Below are positions 9,208-20,300 of a stretch of DNA of 61,757 bases, piece after piece; the first letter of the stretch is position 1; the number at the start of each line of letters is the position of its first letter. Source of the stretch: a virus (Duplodnaviria > Caudoviricetes); IMG/VR virus record IMGVR_UViG_3300030098_005510, positions 1 to 61,757 of that record. One strand, given 5' to 3'. The position numbers were made by a program, and so were the translations under genes. The notes below the pieces were generated by a model. The model was not told the DNA's origin. It made no database searches and saw nothing but the letters and a program-made list of their open reading frames with translations.

Positions 9208-10301
9208 TGCATAGATATTTTTTTACAACCAAAGATACCTTTATCAGTAGTGGTTCAGACCAAATTACTGGTGAAGATTTTAAAGATAAGAATACAGGAC
9301 AAGATGAAGTTCTTGAGTTAAAAAAAGTATTTTTTGACAGAGGTTTTTCTTACCATACTCGTGTTCTTGTTCAATTTGATACTACTGAAATAGAAAACTA
9401 TATTAGTTCTTCAGTATTACCAAGTGATTACCAACTTAACTTAAGACTTTATGAAACAGAAGGTACAAGTGGATTAACTGAGGAGTATACGATTGCTGCT
9501 TATCCATTAGAGGAAGAATGGGACGAAGGTGTAGGTAAAGAAATTGATGAACCAAAAACAACAGATGGTTGTAGCTATCTGTATAGGAAAAATAGAGAAG
9601 GCGCTACTGAAATAGAATGGACAGATGCTGGTGGAACTTATATTGACAGCGATGAAGTAACACAATCCTTTTCATCAGAGTCACCTGATATTAACATGGA
9701 CATAACTAATATCAGTAAAAAATGGTTTGATGGGAGAAATACAAATCATGGTCTTTTGCTAAGATTTTCTGGTAGTAGAGAAACATCAAGTGGTAGTTTT
9801 GAAGACATCAAGTTTTTCTCAAGACAAACCAACACTATCTACTCGCCGAAGATAGAATTAAAATGGGATGACCATCTACCGGCAACTGGTTCAAATACAG
9901 GCAGTTTAACTCAGTTAGATATTAGTGGTAATAGTGAAAACTTTTTGTATCCATTACATTTTAGAGAAGCCTATAAAGAAAACGAAACCGTAAAGTTTAG
10001 ATTTGGTGCTCGTAAAAGATACATACAAAAATCATTTACAACATCAGTTCAAACTGTAAGTGGTAGTTTTATACCACATGGTTCAGGTTCTTACTCTATC
10101 ATAGATATGGCAACAAATGAATCAGTTGTTCCATTTAGTGCTTACACAACGATGAGTTGTGACACGACATCTAACTATTTCAAACAAGACTTAAATGCTT
10201 TTGAACCTAATCGTGCTTATAAAATACTAATAAAGGTCAATCACAACGATGGTCAGGAGATAATCTACGATAACGACTTTGAATTTATATTGAGGACTTA
10301 A
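9207..10301 (+). CDS. Putative baseplate/tail structural protein
   Basis: 364 aa beta-rich ORF (WDEGVG, NHGLLLR, FFSRQTNTIYSPKIE), coupled to the gp6-like gene. Confidence 0.65.
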   Translation: MHRYFFTTKDTFISSGSDQITGEDFKDKNTGQDEVLELKKVFFDRGFSYHTRVLVQFDTTEIENYISSSVLPSDYQLNLRLYETEGTSGLTEEYTIAAYPLEEEWDEGVGKEIDEPKTTDGCSYLYRKNREGATEIEWTDAGGTYIDSDEVTQSFSSESPDINMDITNISKKWFDGRNTNHGLLLRFSGSRETSSGSFEDIKFFSRQTNTIYSPKIELKWDDHLPATGSNTGSLTQLDISGNSENFLYPLHFREAYKENETVKFRFGARKRYIQKSFTTSVQTVSGSFIPHGSGSYSIIDMATNESVVPFSAYTTMSCDTTSNYFKQDLNAFEPNRAYKILIKVNHNDGQEIIYDNDFEFILRT

Positions 10302-10302
10302 T

Positions 10303-12759
10303 ATGCCTTATCACACTAGAACTAGACAGATAAGCACAAGAACTCGTCAGCAAGATACTGATACACAACAGAGAACTACAACGACTCGTCAGCAAAGAAC
10401 CACAACAACTCGTCAGCAAAGTAGTCGTGTTCAACCAAGAACCACAACTACTCGTCAGCAAAGTAGTCGTGTTCAACCAAGAACCACAACGACTCGTCAG
10501 CAAAGTAGTCGTGTTCAACCAAGAACCACAACGACTCGTCAACAAGACACAGGCAGACAACAACAAAGTAGGGTGCCTCGTCAACCACGAACAATAAATA
10601 GACGACAAATTACCGAAACTCAACAACCAAGAGTGACAACTCCTAGACCGATTGAACAAATATCTCAAACTGATATAGTCCCACAACAAACTCCGACTGT
10701 CACATTGTCTGGCACATTAGTTATGCCAACACCTGATGCCAGTGTATGGTCAGTCACATCTGTGGACAATAATAATTTAGCACAACAGGTAGAAGCCGGC
10801 ATGACCGTTACCTTGCTTCAATACGGACAAACACAAAATTTTATAATCGAGTCGATAAGTGGAAGCACGGTTAACTTAACTCAGCCGGTTCCAGGACAGA
10901 GTATAGGCTCAACGATTGAGTTTTTTGTAGAGATAGATTTAGAGAATGAACAAGAATCTGATGTTAATGTGCTTCTTGACAATCCAATAGTAGAAATTGG
11001 GTTGATTGCGTCAAGTGAAGATAATTGGTTTTATGAAATTAGTGGAGAGCCATATGTTGGGTTGTATCATTTACATGAAGATGGTACTGCTATGATTAAT
11101 GAGGGTGTATTAGGTGTAGTTCATGAGCTGAAACCAGATGAAATAATTATTCAACTTCCCATACCAGAAGTAGAAGTAGATATTGTCGAAACGATAGTAG
11201 AACCAGTGTCCTATGAAACAGTACAAGAAGTAAAGGAAGTAGTTAGTGATATTTTTTATAAAGTATGGTTTAAATCAAATACATTATCTGAAGAAGAAAT
11301 ACTGTCAATGCAAACTACCATTCGAGATGGTATAAAACAAATAGGTCGTAATGAAGACGAACCTCTTGTATTCTATAAGAAAGATAGAAATACTTTAGAA
11401 AGTAGAAAAGATTTGCAAGGTGATAAATTTGAAAAGATATGTCAATACGTCTATAGTAATCAGATACTTGATTTAGGTGATAGATTTAATGTCTATGTAC
11501 AAGAACTTTATGATAAAACAATATATTATTTAAGATTTCTTAAGCTTGATTCATCTTTTATTGATCTTCAAATAGCAGTAAAGGTAGAAGGTGAGTTTAC
11601 AGATGTTCTAAATCTTAGTCAGCTAACAAAACCAAAATCTGGTAATAAAATAAAACCTGAAAAAGCTCGTGAGGTTTTAGACACAAATATATTTGAATTA
11701 CTTCCAAATCAAACAACTCGTCAAGATCAAGTAAATGACTTCTTTACAGAGTTTGATAATTTAATAGGACCAACACCAGTTTTTCAAGACGTAGATGGTG
11801 ATGGTGTTGGCGAAGATATACAAAATAAAGAACAAGACGAACAATCTCGTATTAGTTTTGAAAATCAACCAGGTGCTTTCATAACAAGGTTAGATGAACA
11901 AGCAGAAGGTGATAGTATTAATCAAGGTAAGACTCTTGAGTCAATGAGAAACAGACTTAATACTTATCTTGGTGATGTTGATAATGTTATTGAAACATTA
12001 GAGGATGACAGACCAGAGTATCAAAATATTTCAAGTGGTTTTTTAAAAATAAGAAAACCAAATCAAGCAATAATAATAAGAGCACCTGGTAATGACTTAT
12101 TAGAATTTCAAAAAATAAATTCTAATGGAATTCCAAGTTATTTAGATGATGGTTTTACAATAACAATGTGGGTGAGATTTATTAGTAAAACATCGGAGGG
12201 AACTCTTTTTAATTTTGGTAATCCTTTAGACAACAATGGAGATGGGTTTAGATTAGAAACAAGAACTAATATTGATAGTGATGGTAATTATAAAAGATGG
12301 ATAAGATTATTAGTAAGACAAAATAATGGGGTTTTGACACAGAACAATTGGGGTGTTGAAGGTTTACCTCGAAGGTTGAGCAATCCAATTGATTCTGTCA
12401 GTAGTGAAGAAGTTCACAAGGTTTATCCAAACATACCAACTGATGATTTAAACGAATGGTTTTTTATTTGTGCAACTTTCAATCCAACTATATCTGAAGT
12501 AGGACATGGAGAACCTACAAACACTAATAAACAGTATTGGTTAAATCATGTTTTACCAACAGAAGATGGTGATGTGGTGGTTGCTAATAGTGGGTTGGGA
12601 GCTAAATGTAAAGTAGAGATAATAAGTCGTTCTGATTTACTTAGAGCTCGTGGATATAAGATTGGTGATTTAAGTATTGATTCTACTTCGAATCAACAAC
12701 AAACTGAAGTTGAACTCGAACAGGATGAACAAACAGAATTAGACTTAGGTATTCGTTGA
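10303..12759 (+). CDS. Structural protein with R/Q/T-rich repeat N-terminus and LamG-like C-terminal domain
   Basis: Low-complexity N-terminus. GFTITMWVRF...GTLFNFG...EWFFICATF resembles concanavalin A/LamG folds. Confidence 0.65.
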   Translation: MPYHTRTRQISTRTRQQDTDTQQRTTTTRQQRTTTTRQQSSRVQPRTTTTRQQSSRVQPRTTTTRQQSSRVQPRTTTTRQQDTGRQQQSRVPRQPRTINRRQITETQQPRVTTPRPIEQISQTDIVPQQTPTVTLSGTLVMPTPDASVWSVTSVDNNNLAQQVEAGMTVTLLQYGQTQNFIIESISGSTVNLTQPVPGQSIGSTIEFFVEIDLENEQESDVNVLLDNPIVEIGLIASSEDNWFYEISGEPYVGLYHLHEDGTAMINEGVLGVVHELKPDEIIIQLPIPEVEVDIVETIVEPVSYETVQEVKEVVSDIFYKVWFKSNTLSEEEILSMQTTIRDGIKQIGRNEDEPLVFYKKDRNTLESRKDLQGDKFEKICQYVYSNQILDLGDRFNVYVQELYDKTIYYLRFLKLDSSFIDLQIAVKVEGEFTDVLNLSQLTKPKSGNKIKPEKAREVLDTNIFELLPNQTTRQDQVNDFFTEFDNLIGPTPVFQDVDGDGVGEDIQNKEQDEQSRISFENQPGAFITRLDEQAEGDSINQGKTLESMRNRLNTYLGDVDNVIETLEDDRPEYQNISSGFLKIRKPNQAIIIRAPGNDLLEFQKINSNGIPSYLDDGFTITMWVRFISKTSEGTLFNFGNPLDNNGDGFRLETRTNIDSDGNYKRWIRLLVRQNNGVLTQNNWGVEGLPRRLSNPIDSVSSEEVHKVYPNIPTDDLNEWFFICATFNPTISEVGHGEPTNTNKQYWLNHVLPTEDGDVVVANSGLGAKCKVEIISRSDLLRARGYKIGDLSIDSTSNQQQTEVELEQDEQTELDLGIR
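10411..10536 (+). repeat. Three near-perfect 42-bp tandem coding repeats (RQQSSRVQPRTTTT)
   Basis: Copies start at 10411, 10453 and 10495, with shorter degenerate units on both sides. Confidence 0.9.
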
Positions 12760-12761
12760 CA

Positions 12762-14351
12762 ATGGCTAAATTTACGAGTATAGAGAAATTGCTCGAAGAA
12801 GCATATCAATCTATTGTTGGTTCTCCACCAGAACATGGTCGTGTTGAATTGGGAACAAAAACTCTCGATAATAGGGATTATTGGGAAAATATAAATTTCA
12901 ACAAAGACACTTTTCAACCTTACTTGACTGGTAACTTAGAGACATTAAATACTGAACTTAGAGATGGAATAGTTTATCGTAGAAATATAGAAACATCTGA
13001 ACTCTTTCAATATTCTATTGATGCCTTACCCTTTGTTACAGATATCAATGATGATGATGAAATAATAAGGTTAGATGAATACTATGATAAAAGAAATGAT
13101 TCTACACAATATTATTTAGCAACAGAAGGTAAGATAAATTATTATTTGTATGCCAGAGAAAGTGGAAGACCAACACCAGATGGTCATATTGATAACTATG
13201 CAACAAGAAATAAAACAAATAAATTTGACAGTTATGCTAATAGACCAGGTGAAACTGGTTTTTATTTATTTAAATTAAATTGGGGTGATGGTACTACCAT
13301 AGAATATACTGATAGACCAAAGTTGTTAGAGGAGTCTGTATTATTAGAACACTTTTATGAAAAACCTGGTTTCTATACTATTTCCGGCGTGGTTTATGCT
13401 TTATTTAAACCAAATGATGGGACAGGTCGCGAAGCCATAGGTGGATATGAAAGGTTTGAAACAAACATATTATTAAACCCATCGAAGAACTATGAATTGA
13501 ATTTATATGATTATTATAATTTTGCTACCATAGGTGGTGTAGATTTAAATTCATCTTTAATTAAATCTTCTTTAAATACTATAGGGATAGATCCTAAAAA
13601 TCCATTTGAGCCTCATCCTGGAGATGATGATTCTGAAAATATAGAGAAATTAAATTTATTTGATAAGTTACAATTGTTTAATTTTTTAAACAAAGTATCG
13701 GATACTTTTTTAAGTAGATTTGACAGTTTAGTAGAACCTTATTCTGAGGCTTTTGATAACACTCCTAATATTACCGATGATATTTTTCCTTTTCAATTGA
13801 ATGTTATTAGTGAACCAGTTTACAACAGAGACACGAGTGAATTTGAAATTGCTGGCACCATCATCGTGTCACCGGATACTGATGATGGCACTGGAACAGG
13901 TGATAGAATTTATGATGAAGGAACAGTTGTTAACATACAAGCACTTGCTGACGATCGTTTTGAATTTGATACATGGGATGTGACAATAGGTAACGATAGT
14001 CAAATAGGAAACCTTTCTTCACCAAGCACAACTGTCACTATGTCACGAGATATTAGAGTGTATGCTAGATTTAAAGCAGTGGAGTTCGAAGATTTTGATG
14101 GAGAGGATTTTAATCCAGATTCTGATTTCGATGACCCGATTGATGAGACAACTGATATAGATATTGATAATTATGTATTTCCCTTTGATGAATATTTTGG
14201 TGAACCGAGAGAAAATGAAATTTTTACAGATTCTAATGGTGTTACTTGGCAATACACTCATTTAACTAATGAACAAGCCGGTATAATTTTATCTGAACCA
14301 CTTGAGTTGACAAATCCAGCACAATTTGATTGGTTGGTTGTGGGGGTATAA
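12762..14351 (+). CDS. Structural protein with PKD-like and InlB B-repeat-like domains
   Basis: LNWGDG...HFYEKPGFYTI (PKD-like) and YDEGTVVNIQA...FEFDTW...TTVTMSRDIRVYARF (B-repeat-like). Track start is 12756. Confidence 0.6.
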   Translation: MAKFTSIEKLLEEAYQSIVGSPPEHGRVELGTKTLDNRDYWENINFNKDTFQPYLTGNLETLNTELRDGIVYRRNIETSELFQYSIDALPFVTDINDDDEIIRLDEYYDKRNDSTQYYLATEGKINYYLYARESGRPTPDGHIDNYATRNKTNKFDSYANRPGETGFYLFKLNWGDGTTIEYTDRPKLLEESVLLEHFYEKPGFYTISGVVYALFKPNDGTGREAIGGYERFETNILLNPSKNYELNLYDYYNFATIGGVDLNSSLIKSSLNTIGIDPKNPFEPHPGDDDSENIEKLNLFDKLQLFNFLNKVSDTFLSRFDSLVEPYSEAFDNTPNITDDIFPFQLNVISEPVYNRDTSEFEIAGTIIVSPDTDDGTGTGDRIYDEGTVVNIQALADDRFEFDTWDVTIGNDSQIGNLSSPSTTVTMSRDIRVYARFKAVEFEDFDGEDFNPDSDFDDPIDETTDIDIDNYVFPFDEYFGEPRENEIFTDSNGVTWQYTHLTNEQAGIILSEPLELTNPAQFDWLVVGV

Positions 14352-14353
14352 AA

Positions 14354-14992
14354 ATGTCTCAAGGACCACATCTCGGATTTATTAATAAAAAATTGTCCAA
14401 CTCCCTAAAAGATACTGGTTTAAATAATTTTGATTTAGCAACCACAAGAATTTACAAGGGTGTTAGGCCAATGTGGGAACAACTTGGTTTCGAAAGTGAT
14501 GATAGTGATATACCAATTACAGTTTCTTATTGGAATAATATAATACCAAGTGAATTTGATTTTTTAAATAAAAGTGGAATTGAAATTCAAGATGGTGATG
14601 AGCCTATAAAAGGTTCAAAAACACCAAGAACACCATACAAAGAAATAATCATCGATGAAGATGATGAACAGATTTGGAACGATAATTATCTTTATCCAAT
14701 ATTACCAAAGATAAGTAAATTTGGAGAGTTTGTTGAAGATGTAAATGTTGAAGGTTCATATGGTAGAGATGATGCCCCAATAACAAATTTAAATGTTGTT
14801 GATGATAATTTAATATTAGATGTTGATTTTGGAGTAAACACAACAGACAATCTAATTGACAAAACAGACTTTAGTAAACTCCATTACAATCAAGATTTTG
14901 AACTTTCACTTGATGATAACTTAAGATTAAAAACAGATACTTTTATTATACCAGATAGTATAGAAAAAGATAATTCAGAACAGGCATTTTAA
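14354..14992 (+). CDS. Hypothetical structural protein
   Basis: ATG 14354 is in frame with the track ORF. Its C-terminus (IEKDNSEQAF) resembles that of the next gene (LETDNDNQAF). Confidence 0.7.
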   Translation: MSQGPHLGFINKKLSNSLKDTGLNNFDLATTRIYKGVRPMWEQLGFESDDSDIPITVSYWNNIIPSEFDFLNKSGIEIQDGDEPIKGSKTPRTPYKEIIIDEDDEQIWNDNYLYPILPKISKFGEFVEDVNVEGSYGRDDAPITNLNVVDDNLILDVDFGVNTTDNLIDKTDFSKLHYNQDFELSLDDNLRLKTDTFIIPDSIEKDNSEQAF

Positions 14993-17346
14993 TGGCATAC
15001 GAAAAAAAAGATAACTACCCATCGTATAAAAAACCAGGTGTATACCCATCTGGTTCAATAAAAGAACTTGGTTTAAACAATGATGACTTAGAAAAGTTTT
15101 CTTTGGGTAATTGGAATTCAATCACAAAAAATAATAGAAAGTTTTTTGTTCCACAACAAGATAGTTTGTTGAATGATTTTTTAAATGGTAAAACTTTAGG
15201 AAGACCAGTTTTAATATCTAATATACTACCTGTAAATTTTTTACAAGGTAATATTGGATTTTTTTCACAAAAAGTTTTAACACATCCGAGTAGTAACTTT
15301 TTAAGATTTGTTAGTCAACCAGCTTGGCCAAGTAGAGCGGGTTATTTGTATAATACATTTGGTCTTGACAATTTCAACTATAATATTGTAAAAGATTATA
15401 GTCAGAGTGACATAAATCAAATTTCTAATTTTCTAACCGAAAGGTATAATGAATTAAAAGAAATATTAGATAATAATTATGCTTATATTTTACCTGATGA
15501 TACAGATGTAGAAGGTTTGTCCGATGGGGAAAAAGTTCAAATTCCAATTAGGTTTAGATTTGAACCCGAAGTTCAAGAGCAAATCAACGAAATATTGAGT
15601 CAACAAATTACTAAGGGAACTGATACTTTGTCTGTAAATCAAATACGAGCTCAAAAAAATGGTCTTGAGGATTTTGGTTTTCCACAAGATTGGCCAGAGG
15701 ATAGCAGAACTCAAGAGTTCCATACATATCAACTTTACATTAGCCCACCAACACAACACGATGATGGAACACCATTAATACCTGAATCAAATGAGCAATA
15801 TCCACCCGATGAAAATTATTTATTCGATGTTTACGCAGAAGAGGATTATTTGACACTAAATACAGTTAATATACCAACAGCAGATGGTTTTCTTTTTAGG
15901 TTTTTTGTCCAATCAATAGATGACGATGGTATTTACACTGGTGTTTTTTCTGCAGGTGAAGAAGATGGTATAAGTGCTTTAAACGCTTCACAACGATTTG
16001 GTGGTCATCCAAATTATCCAATTCGATTTCCTTTTGTTGATGAAAATATTGTGCCTGAATTAATACCAGATAAAGTCGATTTTAAAGTTTTTTGCACTCC
16101 ATCCTCAGATCTAATAGGTGTTGAACAAAATAAATTTGAATCAGTACAAGAACAAAAAGATTCTTTTCTTTATTACGAATTCGAAGATGAAAGATATACA
16201 AGTACATCCTATCCGATAAAAGTTGATTTATCGATTTCAGTCGAAAATACAAATTTTGTTCAGTTTCGAAATCAAGAAACCATTATTGATGAAGACTTGA
16301 CAAGTGAACTTTTTCAATTGTTTTCTACAACAAAAGATGATCAAATCAACTCTTTAGTAAGCGGAGATTTCGGAAATTTAAACTCAATAGATACTTCAGT
16401 TTTTTACTACAAAGTAATACAATGGGGAGATGAAAAAAAATTACTAACAGATGATGATATATTAAATACAGAATATTTTAAGATATATGATTTTGAAGAA
16501 TATCCAGGTAATGATAATTACTATTTTAAAAGATATAGACAACAAATTTTAAACAAGGTCAATTGGGAGGAGGCTAGTTACACAGAAATGCTAGAGTCAA
16601 ATAATTTCAAACCTATTAAAAACCCTTCTAATGTTTCTAACGATTTAATTATTTCAAATCATGCTTACAACGAACCAGGTCCTAAATCTATCAAAATTAT
16701 ATTAATGAGATTTACTTCGAATATGTTGATTTTAAATGAAACAATATTAGTGACAAAAAATATAGTCATTAATGATGGAAATTTATTAAGCCAAGATTTT
16801 TCAATATTTGGTGGAACTGATTTTAACTTTTTACCAATTGTAGATAATCAAGCAATAATAGGTGGTTTTGATGAAAACTCAAATTATAACAACTCTGTAT
16901 CTAAAATTGTTAAAGATGATAATTTTGTTCAAGAGGATTATTTGGAAAGGGTGTCTTCAAAAGATTATGTAAAAAAGTTCAATGATGGTTTTTTAGGTAA
17001 TACGCCAGGTCAATTAGACTTGAGTCAAACAAGAGTTTTTACAGAGTCAAGGGACATATATGATTTTATTGGTGGTGATAAATTAGAGTGGATAAATCAA
17101 GGTTCAGGTAGTTTACCACTCAATAGTTTAGCAACCGACATATTTATTAGAGATGATAAATGTGTTGTTGATTTAAATCCAACTAACTCTGAATTTCTTA
17201 CAATACAAAATCAGATGGGAACAAAAGAACAAGGCATTTTGATTGGAGACTATAAAGTCAATCAACCAAAAGATGGTAGAGTTCAAAAACAAGGTGTGAT
17301 GCGAACTCCACTTTTAGAAACGGATAATGACAACCAAGCATTCTAA
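14992..17346 (+). CDS. Hypothetical structural protein (PKD-like WGD motif)
   Basis: 784 aa ORF with VIQWGD...HAYNEPGPKSIK, coupled on both sides. Confidence 0.7.
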   Translation: MAYEKKDNYPSYKKPGVYPSGSIKELGLNNDDLEKFSLGNWNSITKNNRKFFVPQQDSLLNDFLNGKTLGRPVLISNILPVNFLQGNIGFFSQKVLTHPSSNFLRFVSQPAWPSRAGYLYNTFGLDNFNYNIVKDYSQSDINQISNFLTERYNELKEILDNNYAYILPDDTDVEGLSDGEKVQIPIRFRFEPEVQEQINEILSQQITKGTDTLSVNQIRAQKNGLEDFGFPQDWPEDSRTQEFHTYQLYISPPTQHDDGTPLIPESNEQYPPDENYLFDVYAEEDYLTLNTVNIPTADGFLFRFFVQSIDDDGIYTGVFSAGEEDGISALNASQRFGGHPNYPIRFPFVDENIVPELIPDKVDFKVFCTPSSDLIGVEQNKFESVQEQKDSFLYYEFEDERYTSTSYPIKVDLSISVENTNFVQFRNQETIIDEDLTSELFQLFSTTKDDQINSLVSGDFGNLNSIDTSVFYYKVIQWGDEKKLLTDDDILNTEYFKIYDFEEYPGNDNYYFKRYRQQILNKVNWEEASYTEMLESNNFKPIKNPSNVSNDLIISNHAYNEPGPKSIKIILMRFTSNMLILNETILVTKNIVINDGNLLSQDFSIFGGTDFNFLPIVDNQAIIGGFDENSNYNNSVSKIVKDDNFVQEDYLERVSSKDYVKKFNDGFLGNTPGQLDLSQTRVFTESRDIYDFIGGDKLEWINQGSGSLPLNSLATDIFIRDDKCVVDLNPTNSEFLTIQNQMGTKEQGILIGDYKVNQPKDGRVQKQGVMRTPLLETDNDNQAF

Positions 17347-20300
17347 TGGAAATATTACAACCATATAATAATAATACTTTACAATTAATATCGGATGAAA
17401 ATTCATATGAATTTACACCTGATTTGTTACAGAGTGGTGTAATAAAACTATCTGTGTTCTCAGATGTTGGGGGATTTTTAGACTCCTCTATATTAGAAGA
17501 GGGTGTTGATTTTTATGTAAGAGACAATGATCTTTTTCTAAAACCTAATGAGTTTTTAGATAGAACTGGTTTTAGTGAAGATAACTATAATTTACAATAT
17601 GATTTTTTAAATAGATTAGATACAAGTGATTTTAATATATCTGAAATATCTCCAAGTAGACAAGAAATAAGAATAAATATAGTTGGTTCTGAAATAGATG
17701 ATGATACTCAAGATGTCATTGTTAATTTTATGCAAGGTGATGAGGATACCTATCAGTTTAATTCTTATTTAGAATTATCACAAGGAAGATTGATTCCAAT
17801 TAATGGATATGCTTTTGATAATGTAACTGGTAATAAAAGAACTTTAATAGTAAAATTAAATCAACCATTACCAAATGATATACCAACTTTATCAACTGAT
17901 TTTAATATATCAAATAAATTTTTATCATCACAAACCGAGACAATATTTTTTATAGACAGAGAAGGTCTTGCTATAAGTGGATTAGGTCTAGCAATAGATG
18001 AGGGTTATTCTACAACACCAACTCACGAAGAAGACTCATATGTTAATTATAATAATATCACAGCATCTTCTGGTGAAAACATTGTAGAAGAAATAACTCG
18101 TCAACAAAAAGACCTCAACCTAAATATAGATTATAAAAAATTTGATGGCCATGTTTTTTTTGGTTCAGCAAAATCTAAACTTGAAGGATTTAAAAATAAA
18201 GCTGTTAGGTTAGATGGTTTATTTACACAACTTAGTCAGTCACTTGCCTTTTCTAGTAGTCTAAAGGTTGTAGAGAGAAGAAAACATTTATTTAAAGAGA
18301 TAAGGAAAATAGAAGACGAGTTTACTCATTACGAACATTTTGTGTACAACGATGGGCAAAGTTACTCTACATCATCAGCGCCTGGTGTTAGTAATAATTT
18401 AGCTGGAACAAATTATACAAATTTGGTAAATAATGATTTTACTAAATTACAAAACCAAGAAGGATTCGACAGAGTTTATAAAAAGTCTGAAGATGGTTTT
18501 ATACATCTTTTTACTGATGTTTATAATGTGGAACAACCACCATTTTATAATTCAGATGATGAGTTTTATCTTTCTTTTATTTTAAGAGGTGGTGGAGCTG
18601 ATAGTGAATATGAACTAAACTTTGCTTCTGGTGGTTTTGCTAATGAAAGGTATGATAGGTCGGGTGGAGATGAAGTCGGAAACTATGGATACTTTAATGG
18701 TAGACAAATTCCTTTTAATGCTTGGAATGGTTCGGTATTGGCAAATCCTGAAACTACAGGTTCTCATTACCAAAGATACATTTTTCAAGCTAAACAACAA
18801 TTTTTTAGACCTGTTAAAAGTGGTGATTTTGGTTTAATAACTGGTCTTGAAGATTATAGTAGTGATTCCACATCTTGGGAAATACTTTCTGGTTCAAACC
18901 CAATATCTGCTTCTACAAGTGGTTCTATAGGAGATGGGTTTGCTTATGGTTTCTTTGATTTAACTGGTGTTTATAACTCTTATGTTTTTCCAAACCAAAT
19001 TCAAGATGATGGTACATTGGGTATGCAAGATTTTGTTACAGGCTCAATATTACCACAAGGTGATTTATTTCCTTTGTTTACTCAAGAGAGTGGAGATAAA
19101 GAAGCATTCTTTACAGATGTAGTTGTCACAAAAAATAACCCAACAAATATACATCCTTTTTCAAAAATTTACAGACCACCTAGTGGAAGTTATGCTGGTT
19201 CATCAGAATGGAATGATTGGTATGATACGATGCATGATATTGCTTCTGATTATGACGATAATAACATTCATTCTCTTGTAAACAATTTACCAACTTTTTT
19301 GAGAGAGGGTAGTGACCATCAAACTCTTCGTGATTTCGTAAATATGTTAGGAGAACAATTTGACTTATTAAGAAGTTATGTTGACAATTATCATAATATT
19401 TACAAACTCGGATACACAAATCCGAATGCTATGCCAGACAATCTTTTACCAATTATTGGAAACTCACTTGGGTTTGATTTGAGAAACCCACTTACTGGTA
19501 GTCTTGATAATTATTTAGAATCAACTCGTGGTGATGAGATTGGAGATAAAACAGCTATAAATTCACTTTGGACAAAAATATTAAATAATTTAGTTTATAT
19601 CTACAAAACAAAAGGAACTCAAGAAAGTATAAATACTTTATTAAGTTTGTATGGGTATGATCCTACTTCGTTTAAATTAACTGAATACGGTGGTTCAAGA
19701 GAAGAGCATAATCCAAGTGTTGTAACAAATAATGTTGCTAATGATTTAGAAAATGGATTAAAAAATGTTGTAGGAAATGTTTCATTCAGAGAAAGTGTGG
19801 ATGCGTTTAAATCACTTAATCTTTCTTCTGGTTCAGACCGATTAGCTGTTGATTGGTGGTCTAACGATGCTGAACCAAACGGTATTGAATTTATATTTAG
19901 AACAACAAACACTAACAATCACCAAACTCTTATTAGATCAAGTGGTTCTGTTGCTGGTGAAGACCATTGGGATTTGAGAATTATACCATTTGGTTCATCA
20001 ACCACTACTGGTAGTATACAGTTTAGATTAAATAATAGTGAGAATGCTAGTAGTGTGATTGCCTCTAATGCTATATCAATGTCAACAGATAATATCAATG
20101 ATATAAACAATAATAAATTTATAAACGTTTTTTTACAAAGAGATAAAGTAACATCAAGTTTTGCTGTAACACAATCATATCACATGTTTATTGGTAGAAA
20201 GGATGGTGATAAAATAAAAAATATACAGCATATTAGTATGTCTAGTTTTAATACACATGCAAATCAAAATTTTATAACTTCATCAGGCCAATCAAATAAT

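Noticed and set aside
10411-10536. The 42-bp tandem repeat as a CRISPR array or iteron
   Set aside because: The units are head-to-tail without spacers and are in-frame coding sequence.
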